From: Yuukianura sp. NJ FZ-2021
Taxonomy: Eukaryota
DNA: 64,000 nt
Direction of reading: 5' to 3'
Assembly: GCA_046563655.1 (NCBI GenBank)
Contig: CM102286.1
Location: 5,146,001-5,210,000, forward strand
In this document: positions 1 to 13,992 of the stretch, one piece after another
How the letters are laid out: every line of letters starts with the position of its first letter
How positions within the stretch are numbered: the stretch's first letter is position 1
The notes under the pieces: model-generated
The model's input: only the letters and a program-made list of their open reading frames with translations
The model's database searches: none
Told to the model about the DNA's origin: nothing
Program-made: the position numbers and the translations under genes

Positions 1-2351
1 ACTATAAGTAAAATACAAATCAACTACATTACTGTTTACAATCCAATCACGACCTGAGGAATTCAATCTCAAATGACATCTTGTTTTAAATAAAAATTTT
101 TGGGCAGTTTGACTTGGAAATGTTCACTAGATTCCAAATTTTTTCTCCATAAATAAGTATAACTGGCGACACTACAGTGCATTAATTTGAAAGTGAATTG
201 ATCGAAGAATGTCAACAGTATAAACGATAGTGCGAGGATCGAGAGGGAGGATTTCTCAGAGTCGATTTAGTGAAAGCTCTTGTTCTTAATCCTAACCCAA
301 GGCTGCATAGTAGAACTTGAAATGAGCTTTAATAATTTTTGGTATCATGCTTCACAAAACAACCTCCGTCTGTCTCTTATTCTTAATTGCAAATTGCAAA
401 ACACAAACAGAAATGCTTCCCGGGCACAACGGCACTCCTAAACTTCAAAAAAGTATCCCGCTCCTCCAGAAGAAAGAAAGAAATTGCATCAAAGAGGCTT
501 TCTCCTCCGCTAAAACCATAGCGTTGGAAGAAATTAAGATAAATGTGGATTTTATATTAAAGGATGCTTAGCACAAATCCAAATTATAATAACCCTTCGT
601 TCATCTAACAAACTACGAGCATCAACCAATGCGCTTTCGAATTTCTTTCCCGGGAGAGAAAACAGAGAGGAGCAGAGAAAGTGGATTTTCTCATCCACAT
701 CTTTTTCCAGCTAAGGACTTCACCTGATATTGATCAAATAATGGAAATTGATGAAGGGACGACTGGGACTTGAGTCGTGCTTTCACTGTTTCCATTAGAA
801 CCTGCACAAATAAGGTCACATACGGAAGCAGGAAAAACAGAAGAGTTTGAATCGGCACGAATAGTCCCTAACTTCTTGATTCAGTTTGAACATTACAAGA
901 AATACGTAGCCATAAGTTCAAACAGAGGTCATTATAATTTAATATAACTAAAAACAACTTTTTGAGTTTAAAAAAAATGAACGCAAGAGTATAAAAATTG
1001 GCCCAAAGAGTCACCTTTTTCAAAGTAATAAACGTTTTGAAAAAAAAAAAACTTTCTCTTCCTTTTGAAAATACAATACTTTCCCTACATACTCACACTA
1101 TTAAAGGAAGTTCAAAAACTTCTAAAACTTTTGCAAAATTCAGAAGGTGTTAGCACAAACATTCCCTTCCACCTTAACGGGAAATAATATTGCTCTGGGA
1201 AATAGTGTAATTTGTTTTGTGTTTCTTTACCTTAGATTCACTTACCTGTCTTATTTCCAGTGCTAAATGACGGAACAAATGTCTGATTTTCTTTGAGTAA
1301 AAAGAAATACATTAGCAGAGGGCTTACAACTAGTAACAAATGGCGGAAATCAAACCTAATTGAACGAGTGGACTGTAATTCAATTCCTCATGTCTTTTGT
1401 TAGGAGAAAGCACAAAGGAATTTAAGTAGAATAGACAAAGTGGAGCAGATGACGCGTACGTTTTGGTATTTTATTTTTTTGTATATTATTACGTTTACTA
1501 TTCTTACTTGCTTACGTTAGGTTTTATAAGTTTCTTGTAGTACAATGGAAAAGGAAGCTAGAATTACACCTAAATTGGTTAAACGACTGAACAAATAAGT
1601 AACGTGGTTTAGCAAGGCGTAATCTAACTGTAGTCACGGAAGTTGGGGTAATGTGTTGTACTTGTCGATTTAACATTTTTACATTACAAAAATTTTAATA
1701 ATAATTAGCGAATGTGTTAATCAAAGTGCCAATTTATATCAAACAATTAACGCAACGAACGATTTTAATCTTGCATTATAAGAAAGTAATTGAATTTAGT
1801 TTTTAGAATTTATTGGCAGCGTCGTGATTGATTTGTTTGTAGTGCGTATGCGCCATCTATGACCTGACAGACACCACACTTGAAGCGGAAAATTTAAATT
1901 TTTACTACCGAGACTCGACTCAGATTCAGGGACGGGAATCCCGTTTATGGTTTATTACCGGCGTATCCCGGGTGGGTACTATGCAGAAAGAAGACAAAAA
2001 CAGAAACAACTCAGAGATCTACACCACCGATTGCCAACAGTGGGGTCGAGTAAACTCGACTCGAGATTATTATTATTACTAAAAGAAGAAGTAAAATGAT
2101 AAGCGAAGAGTGCTAACAAGTTGTTCATTTCATTTGATCATTTGATTTGATTTAGATAAAATCAACGTATTACATAAGGATTTCAGGGTTTCATCTTCAT
2201 CTTATTCAAATACACTGGAAGTGGAAGTTAAGTAGGTAATTAGCTCTCTATTTCGTCGTGTGGTTCTCATCTTGATTGTGGTTTGTTGGAAGAGAAGAAT
2301 CGGTTGGTAAGTTTTCAGCGAGTCATTATTTTACGTATTAAAGCTTATTAA

Positions 2352-2857
2352 CCCTGCATCTCCCAGGCCTTTTTTGAAAACGATTGACCCAGGCCCACTG
2401 GCCTCGTGTAATTCCTTACACAAATGGAGAAACGCATTGGGTAAAAATTTACACGGGCTCTGTTCTAATTCCCAAGCCTATGGTAAAATTTTACACCGTG
2501 TAATGGGTCCAGTGTAAAATTTTACACAAAAATGCGGCGTTGCCCTTGTTGGTGATAAGAGTCTAAAAAGCTTTATAGAATCAACGGCAACCGTGTTTGT
2601 GTAAACGATTACACGAGCCTAGGAACTCAAGTTCCACATTCAAAATACATGGAGGATCTCAATCGGTTCATCATTAATTGCGCTATAACTTATAAACGCA
2701 TTGAAATTAGGCACTATAGCACTAGAAATATATTGTACAGGGCAAAATTTCCAAGGATTAGGTGGGAGGGGCGAGTAAAAGCGCCAAAATTCGTTTAACA
2801 AACTTTGTTGTTGAAGTCGCGGTGTAAAATCTTACACAATGCCTGGGTGTTTCAGGG
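2352..2857. mobile_element. piggyBac-like non-autonomous element (MITE), 506 bp
   Basis: Flanked by TTAA on both sides (2348-2351, 2858-2861). Imperfect 17-bp TIRs CCCTGCATCTCCCAGGC / GCCTGGGTGTTTCAGGG. About six internal copies of a quasi-palindrome GTGTAAnnnnTTACAC. No ORF. TTAA target plus CCC termini is the piggyBac signature. Confidence 0.75.
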
Positions 2858-3398
2858 TTAAACCACGTCAACATTGTCAACAGGTCGGCTCGGCTGAGTT
2901 CGTTCGGACTCGGGGCAAAGGGCATCGAATCCATTCATACTATGTAAGTGAATTTCGCGATTTCGAATTGTCACAACTACTAATAAATAACACGTTTTTC
3001 ATTGTGATTTTAGTTGCTACCTACAAGGAGTTGCACGCTGGACTCTCTGACGGGAAAACACAAAGGTTTGAGGTTATTGAAGTTTCAATCAGCGTAGTTG
3101 TAGCTATTCATAACCATAACTTAACATTAGGTATTTGAATAGACAAACATCGACAGCAAATAGTTACGGAAGCCGTGCATGATTGAATCATCATGATAAG
3201 TCCGAAGACGAGGCGCATTGTGCTGATTTTATTATGTTTTACGTCCAGTGACATTGCTTTTGGTATCTGGAAGTTAACGTCACAGAGAAAACGGGATTGA
3301 TTCAAGCTTATTTCAGTGAGGAGAGCTATCTTTATGAGGCCAACAATATTTCAAAATAGTCCTAACACGAAATTTATTTGTTCTTTTTTTTTCAGATT

Positions 3399-6300
3399 AT
3401 GTCTAGCTCGTCAAACTACCGGGGAAGTCGAGGAAGTGGCGGGTATTCCAAGCCACGACGATACTGGGATAGTGATGACTATCAGAAGCGTGGATATAGG
3501 GTAATTGGTGTTAAAGCAATCCACTGTGGAGAAGAGATTCAAAATTAATACAATTACAAGTTTTAAATGTGTAACGACAACGATTCGCACTTTATCACTT
3601 GCAGGATTCTGATCGTGATCGACGTGGAAGACGGAGCAGGAGTCGTAGCCGGAGCAGGGACCGGGATCGCAGTTACAGCAGGAGCTATAGCAGAAGTAGG
3701 AGTAGAAGCCCTGAAGATCATCGTAAGAACGATTCTCAACCGAAGCAAGCGCCGCCTCCTGCACCAATTATAAAGGCACAACCAACTACCCAAAAACCTC
3801 CTTCACCCTACGATCCAATGCAGAGTTTAAACTCGGGATGGACTCCAGTTGATAATCCTGCAACCAAAGGAACTTCTGCAAACTCCAACGGTCAGTACTA
3901 CAACATGGATCCTCACAGTCAGTATGCGATGTATCAAAGTATGCAGCAAGGTGGAACTGGCATGGACGAAGCAATGTATCAGAAGCGCGTGTCGGTGACA
4001 AGTGAGTATGTTCCCTCCTATGGAATCGGAGGCATGTCAACCTCCGCGGAACCGTATGTTCCAGCCCCGATTGGAGTTTCTACAAAACAAGGCGAGGCCA
4101 ATAGTGAGATTTCCGGAAAAGTGTCGAAGAGAAAGGATAAAAAGAAAAGTAGAAGTTCTTCGTCTTCATCTTCATCCTCGTCTTCGTCAGATTCATCTGA
4201 TTCTCGAAACAAACGCAAAGGAAAGGTACGTGTTTATGTTTAACAACCCGGCTTTGCTTCCGGTGCATTCTCTTTGACTTGCAGTTAGTTTGTTAGTATC
4301 TGAAAAACAACGAATTATTGTTGATTTCAACTATTAGAAAACGGATAGCAGTGGATCGTCCTCCGATTCATCTTCCGAAGATGAAAGTAAGTGATGTGAT
4401 TTTTTTTCTTAATTTAATTACGATCATCTTTAATTAATGTCGTCTTCTTATTATGATGCTTGCCGCTATACAGAAAAGTCGAAACAAAAAGAAAAGAAAA
4501 AGGACAAGCCTGCATCTACGACTGCTCAGGTTTCCGCAAATTTGAGTCAGCAGCAACGAGAAGTGTTGGAGAAGCAGCAGCAGGTAAGTTAGTTCATTTC
4601 AACTCAGCCGGCCTTACGTGTGTGCGAATTCGTTCGTTTTGACCAAGGGATGAGATATTATTGAAATATCCATGTTTTGAACGTTTTGTTTGGTTTCAGG
4701 GATATAAAGCTAAGCTTGACGTGCTGCAGCGGGAGATAAAACGATTAGTGGCAAAAGAAGATGAATTGGCGAACATGAAAGCAGACATGAAACTCATAGA
4801 AGAGAACTTGAAGCTGCAGGTATGAATCTACTATGCCTTGTTCACTTCATCCTTTGTTGAATTAAGTTTAACAGTACTGTACTAGTAATTGAGTTTGTAT
4901 GATTCGATTCACCCTTCAGGTTGAATTGAAAACAAGGGTGAAGGCAGTGAACGTCGTCCTTGAGAAAATCCAGGATGTTCTTCGGGGAGGTAGTATCACT
5001 GCAGATGGAAAACCTAGACCTCCACCACCACCACCACCTAAACTGAGCCAGCCAGTAGCTCCTCCAGCACCGATACTTCATCCTGTTCAACAAGTTACAC
5101 TTGTTTCTACAGTAAGTATTTATTTCACATAATCAGTAGTTAAAGTTAATGCAGTAACTTGTGTAAAGGTTTAAGTAAGCTATATTGTCAGTTTCATTGT
5201 TCTAATTTTATCTACAGGCTGCACTACCGCCTCCGAAACCAGACAATTCGTTTCACAACTTTGAATTCTACGATAATGGGTAAGGTTAAGGTTATACGCC
5301 AGAGTAATCCCAGTTCGACTTTGCATGGAAGTGCCTTACTCTTTACCGGTTTTCAGTATCCATTGGTGTCGGCTTTGTAACATATTTCCCGATTCCGTAA
5401 CAGAACTATTGGATCATTTCCATTCTGAAGATCATCATATTCAAGTCGAGGTGAGGCATCCCTGGATTTCCATTTTATTATACACAATTTGAGTAACTTA
5501 GCGTATTAAATAGAAGAATTCCAAGTTAATTTTGGTGTCATTGGTGTCTTGCTTATTACAGCAACTTGGAATTGAGGAGCAACCTTGGCATAAGAAGACT
5601 ACGAAAGAAGCAAAACAGCTTCCTGGAAACAAGAAGGTTCCGTTTCGAGGTAAACTGGTTGTCTTCAATAAGTGAACAAATTCTTAAACAGTTTATTGTT
5701 CTTAAATGCTCAGATTCACTTTAATAACTGTTCAGCACATGAGGATCAGTTGGATGGAGTAATTTGGGTCTGGGTTTGATTGAAATGTAAATTGAAACGA
5801 GTTCACCAAAACTCGATATGGACAAACACCAAATCACTATTTTGTAATTTAAGTAAAAATGGTGTACAGAACTAATGCCGTATGATACCCCTAAAATTCC
5901 AGGCATGCAGTTCTTCACCCCTGTCAAAGGCTGGTATTGTAAGCTGTGCAGTTGCTGGATCGGAGACCATCATTGCTCACTGGAACATCTCAAGAGTGAA
6001 GAGCACCACATCAACTTCCTGGTCAGTAATTTCATACAACTGAAAAATTTGAAAAATATATCGTTGTATTTTGGAGTTGTTTTTTATGCTTGATATTAAT
6101 TTCCCATTTAGACTTTTCTGGAGGAACATCCTGAATGGGAAAGCAAGTACGCTGCTGATCGTGAGAAGGCTCGAATTAGAGCAGGTCTTGGTCCAGACGG
6201 AAAGAAGCCTCGTAGAGGCTCTCTTGTTGATTTGGGCGGAGGTGTTAAGTATAACCCAGTCCAGACGGAAGAGGATGACGCAAATACCAAAAGCATTTTG

Positions 6301-8313
6301 GTCCAAATGAGACGGAAAGCCAAAGAAGATGAAGAAGTTAACCGCATTGCAACAACTCATCAGCAGTTTCAGAATCTTGGAGGACCCAACAAGGAAATGC
6401 CAGGAGTTGATGAATGGATGGGTAAACCACAAAAGGTTGCACTTGATATAATTGATACACAAAAGTTTGCAGCCATTGTACGCCAAAAGCATGGGGCAGC
6501 AGCGGAGACCAAAGAGAAGAAACCTCCACCAGCGCCAGTAGTTTCTCAACCGCGTGTCAGCAATGAAAAAGATGGAAGCACGGATGCCAGTCGAGATCAG
6601 AAGGGGCGCGACGACTCCAGATCCAAGCATGATTCCAAGACTAATCGCAAAGCCGACTTACGTGTGGAACTTACGCTGAGTAATAGCCGTGATCGGGACC
6701 GCAGTGGAAGAGACAGAGCAAGGAGACGGTATGATTCATGACAAAATTATTAAGCTAAGGAAAAACTTTCGTAAATTACTTAACTCGTTCCTCTTCTTTT
6801 TACCTTAAACTATCTTTTCCGTACGTACGAAATCATTCTTTTAACGAAACAAGTTGTGTAGGAACAAAACTGAACATTTCAGGTACTCCCTCACCTGTGA
6901 TTTTTGCTTATTCGCTCGAGACACAATATTATTACCCAGAGCTCAACAGTTTGCCAAGATCGTTTCATGAACAACAATATGTAAATCTAAATCATTTCCC
7001 CCGTGCCGGGAATGGGCTCTTAAGTCAAACTCATGAATGCTATCATCTTGTAATGCAGGTCCAGAACCAGATCTCGATCAAGATCGCGAGGCAGATATGA
7101 AAAGAGTCGTGGAGACCGGTATGACGGTCGTCGCAGATCATCACGTGACAGGTCCAGATCCAAAGACCGAAACAGGTCGCGAGAGAAAGAGAAAGATGCA
7201 CGGAAGGACTCAAAACCTGCAGAACTTGTAAAACGTCTACCCATCATCGGTAACGCATAAAGCCAACAATCAATTACTTTTGAACACATTAATATAAATT
7301 CTTCAAGTTTTCCTAGGATTACTTTTTGTTACTAGCTTGGATGTCGTAATGTACATTTACCTTATAAGCATTGCCTTTGCCAACTTAAGTTCCGTCAAGT
7401 TATCATCAAAGAACCTTTTTGCTTCGTTTGGTACAGGAAAAATGCCGCTCTTCGGGAGAAAGTTAGCACCAAAGGATGCAAAGAAGGGAGACTCCACAGA
7501 AGCACCCACCGTTACAAACGAGTATGGGCCAGTTCCACCGCCAGCATTGAAACCTGCGGTTGAGGTTCCGGTAGTCCCGCAACTGGCAGTACCACAGCAA
7601 ACGGTCTATGAGTCCACAGAAATGTCAGCGACTCAGATGAACGCGTTTAGCTATGGATATACAACTGCGGCAACCACATATGATGAATCGACTGCCTATC
7701 ATTACATGGACACTTCTGTCATGGCTCCACCAATGACAATGCCTGCGCCAATTCCAGTTCCAGCTGTAGTTGCTGACGTGGAGCCACTTTTGCCTCCTGG
7801 AGAAAAAGAGGAGGAACCGCCCTCGTCTGGAGCGGTGAGTGGAAGAGGTGGGCTCCCAGACGATCTCCAGCATGCTCTGGACATCATCTATCATGGATCG
7901 GGTAGACCTGGTTCTGGATCGAAGGCGCCCTCCTTTCAAGTAACTGATACGTCGGCAGACGTTGTGCAAGAAGCAGAAGACACCGGTAAACTTATGTGTT
8001 TCAATGCTATATACTGGATTTAGAAAAAATTAAGTTCGAATTAACATTCTTGGTTGCTTTGACAGAGTCGCCATTCAACTACATGGATTTCCAGCCATAC
8101 CAGGAGAATTTCGAAGGTTATGCTCCTGCTGATTATGCTGATATGGACAGTGAAGAGAAGCAATCGAGACGAGACTCGGCTGCTGACGAGAATTCTGAAG
8201 GCGCGGTCCAGACTAACAACAAAACCGATGGCACCGCAGACGACGATGATATGGATGATCTCCGCATGCTTGGAATTGATGTGGACGACGCCGCTGCAGC
8301 AAGCTTCAAATGA
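3399..8313 (+). CDS. Multi-exon RS-rich protein with coiled coil and two matrin/U1-type C2H2 zinc fingers (ZNF318 / Drosophila CG9776-like)
   Basis: ATG at 3399 after a ttcag acceptor (MSSSSNYRGSRG...). GT-AG introns link RS-dipeptide exons, a coiled-coil segment (~4550-4980), finger 1 FEFYDNGIHWCRLCN..LLDHFHSEDH (~5260-5450) and finger 2 GMQFFTPVKGWYCKLCSCWIGD..EHLKSEEH (~5900-6020). Acidic C-terminus DDLRMLGID, stop at 8311-8313. Finger context recalled from the ZNF318 family. Exon boundaries were set manually. Confidence 0.8.
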
Positions 8314-8822
8314 GCACGTATTGCATGTATTTGCATAATATTCACTGGTAACAAGAATAGGGGTGTAGCATGTAAACCGTAACTTCTATTTCAGATTCAC
8401 GCTTGTAAGATAGCAAAGCCGTATATAAATATCATCTATCATAAGTAAGTGTGTATCTTTGTATGAATTATCATTTTTAGACTGAAGTCAACAAATAAAG
8501 GGGAAAAATAGAATTTTAAACAACTTAACTTTATTAACAGAACCCGCTTTTAGGCTACGAATTACTAAACGAAAATTTTTAAGCGGAACGGTAGTAAGTA
8601 GAAGTTTTCATTCTGTGGTGTTCAGCAGTGAGGTGAGCGTTACCTGAGATCCTGGTGTTACTTATGTCTCTGTCATATGCAGTATACTACTTTCAATACT
8701 TTTAGTTTTAAACCAAAACCCAAAACTCACTAATCGTAAGTAAATATTTTACAGACTAACTAAACAAATATTAAGGTAGGACGAAATTGTTAAATAAGCG
8801 ACTTACGCAGGGAGGCGAAAGC

Positions 8823-11800
8823 TCAGATGTGAAAGTTATCTTGCTCCACTGGCTTTGCAATCCAATCTCCATAACCGAGTTCACTTATAAAGTGAACGAA
8901 TTGCTTCTTTGAAATCTAGAAACCACAATTAGAATGTGTGAAATTGATTAGTTGATTGATTTAGTTGCGAATGTTCAAACCTGGTAATCAGTGGCGAGGT
9001 TTTTAGCAGCGTCATACACAATCTGGACGTTACCATCAAGTCGTCCAGTCGGATTTTTGTAGAATCTCAGAAATGCTAGAAACGCTAGACGTTTACATAG
9101 TCTAGAAGTCACTCCTGCTGGTTCACATCTTCCCTTCGGTGCTGAGATTATTTCATGTGAGTTCCAAGAACATGTCCACACTACGGCATGATTCGGTGAT
9201 TTCGACACACGTCGCTTCTCTTTGTCAGCGACCATAAGCAACTTCGGTTTATTGAGCCTGTAGGGTGGAGGTAAAGCGGCAGCTGGAAGAGACACGATTC
9301 TTCCATACATTGCCCTAAAGTAAGCAGTATATTTTAAAACGATTTACATTTGGAATAGAATTCTAGTGGTTTAGCTACCTCTTTAGGTGTACTGGATGAT
9401 GAAGACTTCCGAGTGTAATTGAAGAGTAGTAAACGGGATCCATAAATATAGAGAGAAGAGCCCCTTGAATTCCCAGTACGTTCCATTTGCATAACTTATC
9501 AGAACAGGACATCGTCCGAAGTGCATTCCCGAGCAATATGCCGTCCCATGTCTGTTGAACACCTAAAAATACGACAGATTAATATTTAATCATTCTAATT
9601 TATAACGTTTACAAAAGGACTGTCAAGCCATAAGTCATAAATACCATAGTCAAGCAAATTCGTCACAGGAATGGTTCCTTCTCCAGCTTCAATTTTGGCA
9701 CGAAGGACACCACGGCTCACTCTGTTTGGATGGGGATGTGGCAATTCTTCTCCCGGGGCACACGAAGAAGATGACTCCATTAACTCCTCTTCTGGGGACA
9801 CTTCGAGTCCCTTTGGGGAGAAGACCCTTATTCCACACAATAGTTTTACGTATAACATTCTCTCAAGTACTTAAGTGAAAATCAACCTAGGATTTTGCTT
9901 ACCTAGCATCTCCACAGGGAGAAGTACTGATATAAAGATGAAACTTTACATTTGGTTTCAAATTAAATCGTGGTACTCCATCATCGGTCGTGTTGCTCTG
10001 TTCCTCAAGTATTAATCCAGTCAAAGCGTCATCCGGATTTTCGTCATTCGAATCACTCTTCCTCATATTGATTAAGGTATTGATTTGAGAGTAAAGGAAA
10101 TCTCTCAGGCAGCGTGTTGCTAATATTTCGGCGTGGCAATCATTAAGAGAAACTCCCTGGTCGGACAAATACTCCCCGGCAATGCATTTGTTTCCAGTTG
10201 TGACCTTAACCCGCAAAAAAGAAAACGTCAGAGCGATAACTTGCTTGGTTTGGTTATTATCTATGAATAGTAACTTGAAGAATAACGTAAGCTTACGGCA
10301 ATGGCATGCATGTTTTCAATTAATGGCGAACCAAGTGTCATCACAATTCCCGCTAGAACCTATATGCGAATTGCACAAACATACGCAGAGTAGAAAATGG
10401 CGACACGGTTCGTTGCAGACTTTTCAGTATTCAGTCATCTCACCTTTTGTGAAGCATACGACGGCTCTTCCGCAACCAATTCAGCATACTTGTCCGTAAC
10501 AAGCCTACAAACCACGAATTAATGTTACAAATTGTATAGTAATTATATTTCCAAATACTTATCATTTACACACTTTTTGACACTCTGAGCAAATTGCAAT
10601 GAGTACTCCTCAGAGTCGGGATCTACTTCTGGTTTTTCTGGAGGCATCAGATGCGCTTGAGATGATGATTCATTGGTGATAACTTGCCGATTATGCGTTA
10701 CGATCTTCTTTGGTGTATTTCGATAATGGTCGTCAAGGTATTGAAGGCGTTGGGGGCCCAGTATAAAAGCAAGAGCTACCCCAGCAGCGTGTGCTTTTGC
10801 CAATCTTTTACTTCTTCCTAAAATGAGGGGAAAACCAATTTTAATGGGGCCGACTAAGTATTAGAAGCTATAAACTAAACTTTATAGGCAAAAATACCTT
10901 CTCCAGTAAATTCCAATTCTTGGAGCTGGAAATCCAATGGCTCCGATGTAATACTTGATTTGAGTGTGAGGTAAAGCTTGACTCTAAATACAGGATTATG
11001 TGGTGGGCCCTCGTTTTCAGTTGGCAAGTACTCATATCTGGCGTCTTCGGTTGAGCCCAGAATGCCGTACAAAGCACATACAGGTTGCTCAAACACATTG
11101 ATTTTCAGCAGTATTTTGAATGTATTCTCCGTCAGGACATATGCAGCTATATGTTTCAACAAAGAAAATTATTAGGACCAGATAGGACAAACATGGAGAA
11201 TCGAATAGTCTTGGAAGCAAGTATATTATCACACATACGTCGAATAGATTCTTGTATAGGTTGGGAATGTCCCGATACAGCTAAATCGGCTAAATAGTCC
11301 GAAGTAAAATCTGGTTCCTGGTCGTTTCCGAGGAAATTACCATAGTTGTCATTCATCAATTGATGCATCTCAAGACTCGTGTCCCAGTGCGGAGTAGTAA
11401 TCGCTTTCTTCCTGTCACCCTCTTCATCCAGGACCATGGGCAATACGTAGTCCAATTCTGCCAGAATTGTTTCGGCAAGGTTTTGCTTGGCCAACCTCTT
11501 GGAACGTCCCCTTCCAGTGTACGATTTGTTGTTGGGTGGCTAAGGAAAGTTTGAAGGGCTTTGTCATAAATCTCGGAATAGTAAAGTAATGCTTGTTGTT
11601 CGTTTTAGATTAGAGCATATGTTGGGAATTGTGCAAAGTAGAAATTACCGTACCGGTAAAGAAACTGTGACCTCAAACCAAGGTTCATGGGGCGCGCCTA
11701 ACTGGTTCGAAAAGTTATAAACCAATCCAGGATACTTCTCATTTAATAAGGCGGCTGGTGTTTTCCCAGCTCCTAGAATTTTTTGCCGTTTACTACTATC

Positions 11801-12318
11801 ACTGTCCAAATCTGTAAGAAAGGAAGAAATTGTTGCGACTCCAAATACATAGTACATTGTAAATTACATAGTAGATATTCAACTTTACCAGAATGATGGT
11901 CTCTTTTACGCTTATTCATCGCGGGCGCAGGATATGGATTACCAGTAAAGTATCTTTGAACTTTGTATTTGTTAGGAACGGTGTTGGGGATACTTTCAAT
12001 GTGAGATGACAATTCCCGATTGTCTTCTTGTTCCTGTGAACGAGGAGTGACGGATTCGTTGAAGACGTGTACATCTTCGGTGAAATCATCTGCGATATGA
12101 AATGTCATCTTCGGAGGGGCAGGGGGTGCATGTGAGATCAAAGAATGTCCCTTTGTGTTCTCATTTGATTGCTCTGGCCGTGCTTGATTTGCAGTATCCC
12201 CCATTCCTTTAGCATTTGCGCATGTTTCAGCGGATCTGGATCTGGTGAACTTTGGCGTATCCCCAACGTCTTCCTGTTTGTCCTTCCTAAAGGTTATCTT
12301 TATTGGAATTGAGGTCAT
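8823..12318 (-). CDS. Adar: Double-stranded RNA-specific adenosine deaminase, ADAR2-like (2 dsRBDs + deaminase domain), multi-exon
   Basis: dsRBD1 ([33 protein letters not shown]) and dsRBD2 ([30 protein letters not shown]). Deaminase motifs [53 protein letters not shown], and C-terminus [17 protein letters not shown] (8823-8825). Zn ligands and the catalytic Glu are intact. First ATG of the 5' ORF is at 12318; the true start is uncertain. Confidence 0.93.
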
Positions 12319-13344
12319 CGTGTCTTCAGTTGTTAAGATACGGTATCTCAAACCCCCGTTACCGAGATCTGTCAGTGACGTCTGAGTTAAATCTGAAACA
12401 AATATTGCAATAAGAGTTAAATTTCTGTAATAGAAAAATGAAAAATTAATTTTTTTTAGAATACCTTGACCTTGACTGACTGAAACTCTCTGGACTTATG
12501 CGGTAGAGTTAACCAGTAAACCCTCCAATAGTTCTCCAGTAAATTAGTAGACAACAGCAACCTTGCAACCTCTTTTTTCAATTTTAATTGGGAATTTGGG
12601 ATTGGGATTTAATAAACTTTTCCCGTAATTCACTATTCACGTGGACCAGAGAGAGATAAACCATCGAATATTGAAAGTCCAAACCATCGTATACACCCTA
12701 TACCCATGCTTATAGACATGATTTGTTTACAAAAATTATTGGCTAACGCAGAAATTTAGCGCTTGTAACCACAGTATAACCGGAACCACCCGGACGCCAT
12801 ATTTGCAACTGTACTTTACGTAACACTAGGAAACTACCTAGTACACGTAACAAGACAACAAGATATGTTGTTTTTCCAAAGCTGTTCAATTACAGCCACT
12901 GCTGTAATTATAATTAGTATCGTCTTGTAGAAATATGGCGATGAGATAAGTTACCTTGTGGTTACACGGGTGAAATCTACCCGTACATCAACAGTCAATT
13001 TTCCAGACGGGACATTCCGAAAACTTACTAGAAATTCATACAGTGTTGGGCTGCTAGTACTCTATTCTCTCGATTTAGAATTAGCACAGACAAATTAAGT
13101 ATTTCAGAAGCATGCATGGATGGAATAAGTGTTGTGTTGTAATGTGTAAAAATAATGGACGGCTAAAATTTGTTTGATTGCAGTTAAAGCAGGCAAGCAT
13201 GTCAACTGTGATACATGGCTTATTTGATTAAAAGCATAAATCCATTAGCGTTTTATTACCGGCTGTTTTCTTTATATTACTTTTGTGATCCTAGTTTTTT
13301 AGGGTTTGCTAATTCCTTGCAAATTAACACAAGCGCAATTAAAA

Positions 13345-13458
13345 TCTATTATTATACTAATGAGCACTGGTGATTCCGCGAATGCATAGCAACCAATTGG
13401 TTTGTTTACCTCAAATTCCTTGAGCGCATAGTTACTGATTTAATTGTTTACACTAAAA
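13345..13458 (+). mobile_element. Putative Helitron-like 5' terminus, copy A
   Basis: A^TCTATTATTATACTAATGAGCAC start, and ~100 bp clearly homologous to 14871-14976. Confidence 0.45.
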
Positions 13459-13850
13459 TTTTACACAAAACACAACAACACAAACCTAAAAACAACAGCC
13501 TTCCGAATACAATGTGCAGGATGTCGTCATAACAACATTACAAAAATTAACCCTAGAACTTTCCTTGAAAAGATTCGCATCTATATCTGTGTCGTTGGGA
13601 CGTAGAAGGGCGAGTTTCGTGTTTACACATTTTTTTTTTGATTTTCCTCGACGATTTTCGCCAAAATTTCAAAATATTAAGGGTGGTGCACACAGTGAAC
13701 TCTTAAGCACAATTCAGCGCTAATAATACTCACCGCAGATCGCGCACCCGAATTGGTTTATTCTAATAATATATGTTATACTAATATTATAATATTATAA
13801 CAATGTTATAATATTTTAATATAAGCATAGTATTACATTAATATAATACA

Positions 13851-13960
13851 AGATTTCATTAAGAAAAATTTTTTAAGGTATTCGTCAGACATAGCTAGAT
13901 TTCATCAAGAAAAAAATTTAGGTATTCATCAGACTAATCTATATTTTAACAAAATATTTT
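13851..13960. repeat. Short degenerate direct repeat (~46 bp, 2-3 copies)
   Basis: AGATTTCAT-AAGAAAAA..TTTAGGTATTC-TCAGAC occurs twice, with a decayed third copy. Confidence 0.55.
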
Positions 13961-13992
13961 AGGAAGGACTATTCATTTTGGTATTTAGGTAG

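Noticed and set aside
1..1300. 74-aa ORF at 347-571 and minus-strand splice-like sites (~805, ~1245)
   Set aside because: No recognisable protein. These may be UTR exons of a gene outside the window but cannot be supported.
3411..8354. Antisense and alternate-frame ORFs over the zinc-finger gene (similarly over Adar, KRR1 and MGME1)
   Set aside because: Shadow ORFs of real exons in low-complexity coding sequence.
10543..10575. Intron read-through peptide CVNDKYLEI resembling the next Adar exon LVTDKYAEL
   Set aside because: Only 9 codons of partial similarity, too short to separate an exon-duplication remnant from chance.
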